Of a DNA stretch of 64,000 nucleotides, positions 56,547 to 64,000 are shown piece after piece. Position numbers and translations under genes: made by a program. Within the stretch, counting starts at the first letter, position 1. The number at the start of each line of letters is the position of its first letter. This DNA is from an uncultured Nitrososphaerales archaeon (lineage in GTDB: Archaea; Thermoproteota; Nitrososphaeria; Nitrososphaerales; Nitrososphaeraceae): assembly GCA_963709405.1 (NCBI GenBank), contig CAVPXM010000036.1, positions 1-64,000 of the forward strand. The letters are read 5' to 3'. Below the pieces are notes generated by a model. That model saw only the letters and a list, made by a program, of their open reading frames with translations. It was not told the DNA's origin and made no database searches.

Positions 56547-57164
56547 TTGATTCTACTTAAGACTGCGATTAATGATCATTTTAGAGTCAATACGTCAGAT
56601 TCTATGACAGAAATTAGTTGTACCTTGTCAGAGATACTTCACAATGTTCAACAAGGACACAGAGTATTCATAGATGATGGAAAAATTGAGGCAGTTGGGC
56701 TTTCACACACTAAAAATTATCTTGTATTGAAGATAGTACCACCTTCTGACACAACCGCTAAAATAAAAACAGAAAAAGACCTAAACTTTCCAGATTCGGA
56801 ATTAGCTGTGGCTGCTATTACTGCTGAAGACATCGAAAATCTTGATTTTATAGTTAATCATGCGACCGCGGTTGAGCAGTCTTTTGTTCACTCATCTAAG
56901 GATATTCAAGATCTGTATGATGCCTTGGTAAGATGGGTCGTTCAGATTTTGGGATCATGGCAAAGATGGAAACACCTAATGCCATTCATAATTTATCAAA
57001 GATACTTCTGTCTGGCCTTGATCTGCCAGAATTTGGAATATTTATTGCGAGGGGGATTTGGCTGTGGAAATCGGTTTTGAAAATCTGTCACTAGTTCAGG
57101 AGGATATTCTTTATCTTTGTATGAAGCAGATCACGTACCTGTTATTCTAGCGACGGAGATACTA
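56547..57164 (+). pseudogene. Pyruvate kinase fragment, frameshifted and interrupted by IS630
   Basis: VFIDDGKI, K.EK.LNFPDS, SFV; shifted frames MAKMET, IARGDLAVEIGFE, EA.HVPVILATEIL. Confidence 0.8.
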
Positions 57165-58270
57165 TACTGCCTAACATAATTTGATGCAACTGTCTGATGG
57201 TCTTGGCCAATACAAATTTAGCTTGAGGGCATTGTGTACCTAATCTGTTGGCGACTGCAGCTTTGAGCAACGCCTATAGAAATGAAAAAGATGCTGACCT
57301 AAGGGAAAGAATTCTACTAGTAAGGCTTGTTAGAGAAGATAAGAAAGAAGCATCCAGTGTAGCTGAAAAGGAATTCCATAGATCTAGATGGTGGGCTTAC
57401 AAATGGCTCAAGAGATTTGATAATTCTGGTTTGGAAGGACTAAAGAATAAGCATAGAAGTGGTAGACCTCCAGAAGTGTCGGAAGAAACATCTACCAAGA
57501 TAAGAAAAGAATAGTCATAAAATCAATCAGGATGGATGGCTAAAGAAGTCATGAATTTGATATATGAAAGAACATGAGTCAAATATCATGAAGTTCATAT
57601 CTACAGACTATTACATAGATGGGGTTTCAGTCCTAAAGTACCAAGAATGAAATTTGTTAATGCTGCATCAAAGCAAGAGAAAAACGAGTTTCGAAAAAGG
57701 CAAGAAGGATAATCTCACGAATACCTCAAGGCTTTACCATCACAGTTATGGACGAATCCATCTTTATACATGATTCTTTGGTTCGAAGGAAGATGTGGAC
57801 TGCAGATAGAATAAGACCAATTGTAACTATTACTGGATCACACCAAAGGACCTGTGTATTTGGTGCTCTGTGTATAGACGGAAGACAGTTCTTTCGTCAG
57901 TATGAATCCTTTAACCAATACACCTTTCTGGATTATCTCATACAATTGCAAAGAAGGTTTGGAAAACTAATATTGTTCATAGACAGAGCACGTCAACATC
58001 ACCGGTCCATCATGGTAAGAGAATACATAGAGCAAAACAAAGACGTTCTAAAAGTAATATATTTTCCAAAAGGTTCGTCTGAATTTAATGCTATAGAAGA
58101 ATGCTGGAGACAGGGAAAATATGATCTCTTGGTATCGAAATACTATCCGAAATTTGCAAATTTCAGACATACTATAGCCAACTACTATAGAACAAGACGG
58201 TTCAGACTACACTAGACATAGTCAAATATCTATCGAGGAGTGTGAGTTAGCGAATTAATGTTACTGAGTC
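57165..58270 (+). mobile_element. IS630-family element with inactivated transposase
   Basis: HTH ORF YKWLKRF..GLEGL...RSGRPP, A6G slippery site near 57693, DDE ORF MDESIF / FIDRARQH / EFNAIEECW; TA at both ends; imperfect IRs; internal stops. Confidence 0.88.
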
Positions 58271-58524
58271 TAGATAGTGGTAAAAAGTATCTTAGGAAAA
58301 CACAATCTCAGATCAATTTGGCATTGAAATTCTCTTAGCGAACTAATGGCCAAGTCTATCCTCATCAGCGTGACATAAATGATTGACCTAATACCATATT
58401 TCTTCTGGAGTATCACTTTTGGAAATTATTTATTCATCGTACCTCATAGTCTCATAAGGGATTTCATCGAAAGTTCACTCAATTATCTCAATCGGAGTCC
58501 TGAGCCAATATAATGATACTAATA

Positions 58525-59073
58525 TCAACGGATATAGGACTGGGTAGTTTTATCAAATTTTTTTACAATTTGAAAGTTGTCTTCAAACGTATTATTTTGA
58601 AATAGTCTTATCTCTGGAAATAGGGACCAAGGTTCGTATCTAGACATCCGAGATGCAAGATGATCTTCTCCGAACATAACTCGACATAAATCGTAAGTCA
58701 TGTTCCTGACTTGCAATTCATCTATAATACCAAAGCTGTGAAGATACTCATGACTAAGCACCATAAATAGATATGAATTATATTCTTCTCGAGATTTACG
58801 TATTCGGATTATGTCTAATATTCGCTTGTTTATTATAATCATATTGGAACCAACAACATGGTAAGCACCTAGCTCACTTGGCAATCCTTGCAATACCAAA
58901 CTTAATCCAGCTCGATGCATACCGAATTTAGTCTCAACTGCTGATTTTATCAATTCAAATATCCCATCAAAGTCTTTTAGTTCTAATAGCGTATCTCGAT
59001 AATATTGTTGTCCATTAGCAAACATTAATGATTTCGATGGAGTGTCATCTTTTATGTCTTTTACACTAATCAC
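58525..59073 (-). CDS. Conserved archaeal protein with HExxH zincin-like motif
   Basis: HRAGLSLVL, LGAYH, VLSHEYLHSFG..DE. Confidence 0.78.
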   Translation of the reverse strand: MISVKDIKDDTPSKSLMFANGQQYYRDTLLELKDFDGIFELIKSAVETKFGMHRAGLSLVLQGLPSELGAYHVVGSNMIIINKRILDIIRIRKSREEYNSYLFMVLSHEYLHSFGIIDELQVRNMTYDLCRVMFGEDHLASRMSRYEPWSLFPEIRLFQNNTFEDNFQIVKKFDKTTQSYIR

Positions 59074-59620
59074 CTATTCACTTATAGGACAAATATTCAA
59101 TATAAATATGATAGTTAGTCAAATAATACTACATTACCATTAGGTAATGTGATATAGAATACTAACTTATAAGATAGATCCAACTTATTCTTCCTAGTTG
59201 AGAAAGCCTGTTCCTGCTGTCTGCAACTATTACAACAAAAGAAAAAGATGAAATAATGGTCAACAGCGCAAAAAGTCTCTATCCTTCTTCTCCTGATCTT
59301 TTAGATAGAAAGTAGAATTTGTTACTGCGGATCTACGTGGCCCACCACCGTGCCTAATGCCTAATTTTGACGCCGTCTGTGGTGTGAGTACATTGTGCGC
59401 GCGCCTCATGGCCGACTATAACCGTTGACTTTAAAAGATTCAATCGTGCAAATTGCAATTTTTACTTCATCTATTAGCAATAGTCACGTTTCCATTTTGA
59501 TTTGTTAGCAATAACATTCTTAATTATTCTAAAATCTTAGATACCTGTATCTATAGTATATTCAAATATGATACAGAGGATGTCCGAACGTCGGTGGTGG
59601 CATAAGGGAAGAGGAAATCA

Positions 59621-60577
59621 ATGACTAGAACTACAATAGACCCATGGCCGCCACTTCAATTGGCAGGGTGGCAAGATACGTATAATACGCTGCATATGTG
59701 GACTCAAATCATTGGAAAGATCAGACTTGCACTTACTCCCCCAGTAAATCATTGGTGGAACTCTACCCTGTATATTACACCACATGGACTCACAACATCC
59801 TCCATGTATCACAATGACCGACTCTTACAGATAGACTTTGATTTCATTTCCCACCTACTGCTCATTATAACGGCTGACAATCCTACCAAGACAATCGCTC
59901 TCCGACCATGTTCGGTAGCCGAGTTTTATCAAGAAACTATGGCAGCCCTAAAATCACTTGGAATACCTGTAACCATTTGGACTACACCAGTAGAAGTCCC
60001 TGACCGAACCCCATTTGAGCATGACCGAAAACACGCCGCATATGATCCTGAATATGCACAGCGATTCTGGCGAATTCTAGCTCAGGCTAGCCGCGTGCTT
60101 TATGAGTTCCGCTCCAGTTTTATTGGCAAAGTGAGCCCTGTACATTTTTTCTGGGGAGCTTTTGATCTAGCCGTCACACGCTTTTCAGGACGCAAGGCGC
60201 CTTCACACCCTGGCGCGCCATACTGTGCTCCTTTTGTGATGGTCGAAGCCTATTCGCATGAAGTAAGTAGCTGTGGTTTCTGGCCTGGTGGTGGACCTGT
60301 TAATGAACCTGTCTTCTATGCTTACTCGTATCCCGAGCCTCAGGGCTTCAATGAGTACCCAATTCAACCAAAGGAGGCTTTCTATCATACTGAGATGAGA
60401 GAGTTCCTGTTGCCCTACAATGTAGTCCGTACCGCAAATTCGCCTGATCAGGTTTTATTGGCTTTTCTCCAAAGCACATATGAGGCTGCTCAACTTGTGC
60501 GAAATGGGATAGAAATGCATTGGAGCGTCAATTGTAGCGGTAACATATCATTGCATTTCCTTTACATAAGAAACTAA
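59621..60577 (+). CDS. DUF5996 family protein; frameshift near 60490 alters the C-terminus
   Basis: TLHMWTQIIGKIRL, NHWW, SPVHFFWGAFDLAVTRFSGR, EAYSHEVSSCGFWPG; family-like ending AKWDRNALE lies in another frame (stop 60537). Confidence 0.88.
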   Translation: MTRTTIDPWPPLQLAGWQDTYNTLHMWTQIIGKIRLALTPPVNHWWNSTLYITPHGLTTSSMYHNDRLLQIDFDFISHLLLIITADNPTKTIALRPCSVAEFYQETMAALKSLGIPVTIWTTPVEVPDRTPFEHDRKHAAYDPEYAQRFWRILAQASRVLYEFRSSFIGKVSPVHFFWGAFDLAVTRFSGRKAPSHPGAPYCAPFVMVEAYSHEVSSCGFWPGGGPVNEPVFYAYSYPEPQGFNEYPIQPKEAFYHTEMREFLLPYNVVRTANSPDQVLLAFLQSTYEAAQLVRNGIEMHWSVNCSGNISLHFLYIRN

Positions 60578-61460
60578 TACAGAAAATGAAACAAGAAGAC
60601 AATAGAAAAATCAAACTAGAAGGCTTTGTTAATGAGGGGCTGAAACTTACAATTACTCGTTGTATTTCATTATTCATTTTCTTGACTTTACAACCTCTGC
60701 AATTACTTCATTTAAGTATGATTCCATAACTGTATCGGCAATCTGCTTTTCCATTTAAGATGTACCTATATTATCTAGAAATTTTGATGATACTTAGCAT
60801 TTGAAGATGCGCTTAATGATAAATAACTAAGATATTTTAGAATTTCAGTTGATTAGTACGTTTACGTGGAAAATTGAATATATTTATTTTTTTATAACTA
60901 AGAGAGAATCATCGTAAGCTAGGATACAGAAAAATCAGTAATGATTGTTACGATAGCTTATATACATTACGCGCATAAGATTGCAAGTGCTCTCCATCCC
61001 AAAAAATAAGAGCATGAATAGTAGTAATAACAGGAACCAACTAATGGTTACCTTCAAAGGATTAAAGTATGGAGCCTTTGCTGGTTTTATAGCAACTTGG
61101 TCCATATCTTCAGTGATCGCCGTAACTGAAATATTACTCGGATTGAATATTGGTACATTTTACTCGATTATGGGCATTAGCTTAGGAGTTAATAATATTG
61201 CGGCTACCACATCTACAGCTTTTGGTCTTCATCTTTTGATTGGAACTATAATAGGGGCGATACTTGGTATCATTGGGATCAGATGGAAAAAAGTGCGTAT
61301 GCTCAATCCGTACAAGAGTGCATTGGTTGGCATGGGAGCAGGTATCGTAGTATGGCTAGTATTGTTCCTTCCAATAACTACGTTCCTGGTTCAACCAGCT
61401 ATTAATTCCATCACTACTATGTTGGCTATACAATCGCAGAAGGTACTAGTGTCTGAAGAT

Positions 61461-62477
61461 GCTTTGTTGCACAAAATCATTATCATATAGGTATGAGTTT
61501 GTTGACCAATTGAGATTTAGCTAACATGTAATGAGATTATTGTTGGACATGATTAACTGGTCTTTTTATAACAAATCGCTAGTTAGGCGAGGTGAAGTTA
61601 TTCTAGATTTTGATGTCATAGATAGTTGGTATAGTGAGTTGGACTTAATGAATGATGGAAAGAGGGGTGGACAGTACCACTATCCAGATTCGTTTATCCA
61701 ATTACTAGGTTACATGAGGGTATATTTTCATCTGCCATACCGCCAAGCAGAAGGCGTAGTCATAGCTCATGCTGGTAATAAGAAGATACCATCTATTCCA
61801 AACTACAGTACAATTAACAGACGTATTAATAACCAGGATATCAGAATCAGCGAACGACATGAGGTAGGTAATGATGATGACATCATTATAGCATTAGATA
61901 GTACAGGAATCAAAGTTGCTAATAGAGGTGAATGGATACGACATAAATGGCACGTAAGAAGAGGTTATCTGAAAATACATGTAGCAGTAAACATCAAGAA
62001 TAAGAAGATTATTTCTTTGGAGGTTACTAGTGAAGAAGTACACGATGGCAAGATGCTAAAGAAGTTGATTGATAATGCTTCTGCAAATAACAATGTAAAG
62101 GGTGCGTTAGCAGATGGTATGTATGACAGTAATAAGAATTTTAGATATCTATCCAAGAACCATATTAAACCTGGTATAAAGACAAGAAGTAATTCCAAGG
62201 TCAAGACAGGCAACTGTCAAGCAAGGAATAGGTCTGTAATGAGACAACAAACAAATCTCAAAAGATGGAAACATAGCGTGAGCTATGGACAAAGGTGGAT
62301 GGCAGAAACGGTATTCTCGTCTATCAAAAGAACGTTTGGCGAGTATGTAACTGCAAGAAAGTTTCAGAATATGGCCAAAGAGATGTTGCTAAAAGCATCA
62401 CTGTATAACATGTTTGCTATCGGGATGTAGAGATATAGATAATGTACGAATGATAAAATGATTCATGCAACAGAGCT
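61461..62477 (+). mobile_element. IS5-family (IS903-like) element, apparently intact
   Basis: Ends GCTTTGTTGCA / TGCAACAGAGC; direct repeat TCTGAAGAT at 61452-61460 and 62478-62486. Confidence 0.95.
61531..62430 (+). CDS. IS5-family DDE transposase
   Basis: YNKSLVRRG, LPYRQ.EG, PNYSTI.RR, ALDSTG, YLKIH, ADGMYD, YGQRWMAETVFS. Confidence 0.95.
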   Translation: MRLLLDMINWSFYNKSLVRRGEVILDFDVIDSWYSELDLMNDGKRGGQYHYPDSFIQLLGYMRVYFHLPYRQAEGVVIAHAGNKKIPSIPNYSTINRRINNQDIRISERHEVGNDDDIIIALDSTGIKVANRGEWIRHKWHVRRGYLKIHVAVNIKNKKIISLEVTSEEVHDGKMLKKLIDNASANNNVKGALADGMYDSNKNFRYLSKNHIKPGIKTRSNSKVKTGNCQARNRSVMRQQTNLKRWKHSVSYGQRWMAETVFSSIKRTFGEYVTARKFQNMAKEMLLKASLYNMFAIGM

Positions 62478-62639
62478 TCTGAAGATATAAACTTGTCCAT
62501 TAGAAATATTACATTAATTGCAATTGCATTTCACTTGATATGGGGTGCGATATTTGGATTTATTATTAGCTCTCTGCTAAGAATCAGGCTTTTTAGAATA
62601 AAGGAACACTACAAAGATGATGTACTCTCGTCATCATCA

Positions 62640-62905
62640 AGGTTTAGAGAACTTGCTTACCCCAGAAGGGAGCAAAAAAATCACTTGAGATGGCTATGAA
62701 TGCATGGAAGGTACGTAGCGAACTTTCACACAAGATAGGAAAGGGAATGTACGTAGTCGCAGAGTATGAAAGGATAAAGCGCATCACTATGCCATTTGGA
62801 GATGACTATCTCCTATATCTAACTACAGAGACAGGAGCAGACCATTTTGATATAATCAATCGAATTCGTAAATTAGAAGTGGGGCTAAAGTATTCCAATA
62901 GATGA
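62640..62905 (+). pseudogene. DUF6659-like (thaumarchaeal roadblock-like) domain fragment
   Basis: GLENLLT...SLEMAMNAWKVR..LSHKIGKG.Y..AEYERIKRITMP; N-terminal part missing or frameshifted. Confidence 0.55.
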
Positions 62906-63112
62906 TTAGCGTATGATCTGCTGGTATTTCCCAAGATTCTCTTATTATACAGTATTTGATTAGCTATATACTAGAATGCATGGAAGAAGGACGGTCCGTG
63001 AAACCTAAAATATAGGATTCAATGTTATTAACTGCCCTGTGTATATCGAACCGTCAATCTATAGATCCGATGTCTCATTTTAGAGAATGTTTATAATCTG
63101 ATATGCTGCACA

Positions 63113-63406
63113 TCATATTAGAGAACACTCTCCGAGATAACTAAACCGGATATTATGAGAATCAGATATTGTCGCGTTTTGACAGCGATAAATTTCGACC
63201 GCATATACATGCTTACACTTGAGATCACGACAAGCATGGTCTGGACATGAACAAACCCATCCAGATTGGGTTACAATGACGTTGTAAGTATCGTAGCCAG
63301 ATTTTGATCTGACACTATAATTAAATTTGTTAATCATCATAATGGCGTCACTCGTGCGAGCTATCAATTTGCCTTGCTCTTCACGGTTAACGAGTTGTCT
63401 AGGCAT
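63113..63406 (-). CDS. SWIM zinc-finger protein, possibly the N-terminal remnant of a transposase
   Basis: YSVRSKSG..Y.V...WVCSCPD....CKHVYAV. Confidence 0.75.
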   Translation of the reverse strand: MPRQLVNREEQGKLIARTSDAIMMINKFNYSVRSKSGYDTYNVIVTQSGWVCSCPDHACRDLKCKHVYAVEIYRCQNATISDSHNIRFSYLGECSLI

Positions 63407-63480
63407 CTTTAGGCAATCGCGCGTGAAGATCAGATTAATAGCATCTTGAACTAGGTATGATTAGAGTTCGACTAACTAAT

Positions 63481-64000
63481 CTAATCCACTATGTCGGAGA
63501 TCCCCTGTTTCAATAAGAGCTTTTCAAAGTAGTTATCAAATTTATTATTAGTAACTATGTCATCAGAATAAATTCCAAGAGTAATTACTCTTCCTCTTTT
63601 GTAATCAAGTTCATAAGTAGCAATTATAGGCTTATTTGATGCTTGTCCTAGTGATGCAGATGAGGATAGTACTGGGAAATAGGTCTTCGGGATTGAAGCG
63701 TTATAGTTAAACAATACCACATCATGTGGATTGTCTAAATATTGTTCTTCATGTGGTTTATACCCAAATGGATTATTTTGAAATGCTTTTACGCACAGGT
63801 AGCATAGATAATTACTTCCGATCCATTGTGAGGTCTCGTTTTTCCACCTCTCGGCTACACTTTTCCATGCGGTTCTACCATTAAATGCCCAATAATGGCC
63901 TTTGACTAAGCTTACCATGTCTTTCTGATGATCATAGTTTACTTCGGCATAAAACACATTACCATCCAAAAGAAGCATAGTACCACCATTTGCAACAAAT
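63481..64000 (-). CDS. C-terminal part of a hypothetical protein running off the window edge
   Basis: Frame open to the edge (FVANGGTMLLLDGNVFYAEV...GHYWAFNG...IATYEL.Y..G.VI.LG). Confidence 0.7.
   Translation of the reverse strand, partial: FVANGGTMLLLDGNVFYAEVNYDHQKDMVSLVKGHYWAFNGRTAWKSVAERWKNETSQWIGSNYLCYLCVKAFQNNPFGYKPHEEQYLDNPHDVVLFNYNASIPKTYFPVLSSSASLGQASNKPIIATYELDYKRGRVITLGIYSDDIVTNNKFDNYFEKLLLKQGISDIVD

Larger units (their letters stand above)
60981..62699 (+). pseudogene. Multi-pass membrane protein interrupted by IS5-family insertion
   Basis: Removing 61461-62486 restores VSEDINLSIRNITLIAIAFHLIWGAIFG in frame; paired His-containing TM motifs LHLLIG and FHLIWG. Confidence 0.85.

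Overview
AT-rich, low-coding-density archaeal chromosome segment. Gene content (CDC48, archaeal rpl2, TIGR00300, DUF6293, DUF6659-like, thaumarchaeal-type integrase and IS6 elements) points to a soil ammonia-oxidising archaeon of the Nitrososphaeraceae; this is inferred from gene families only. The left ~8.2 kb is a decayed integrative element at the 3' end of tRNA-Val(GAC), with a broken tyrosine integrase, a primase-polymerase remnant and cargo. 8.8-33.7 kb is mostly intact housekeeping genes (leuA-like, lysA-like, cdc48, rpl2, nth, sulfite reductase plus rhodanese, asnS, TIGR00300). 34-64 kb is accessory: five IS elements window-wide (two IS6, two IS5, one IS630), many pseudogenes and zinc-finger microproteins. 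Best candidate for an undescribed system: 45114-48848, an intact two-gene 'split Dna2' operon (Cas4-like Fe-S PD-(D/E)xK nuclease with altered catalytic motifs plus a Upf1/Dna2-like SF1 helicase) transcribed divergently from a CARF-like/wHTH (DUF6293, Csa3-like) regulator. No CRISPR array or rRNA was seen. All family assignments come from motif recognition by eye, not database searches.
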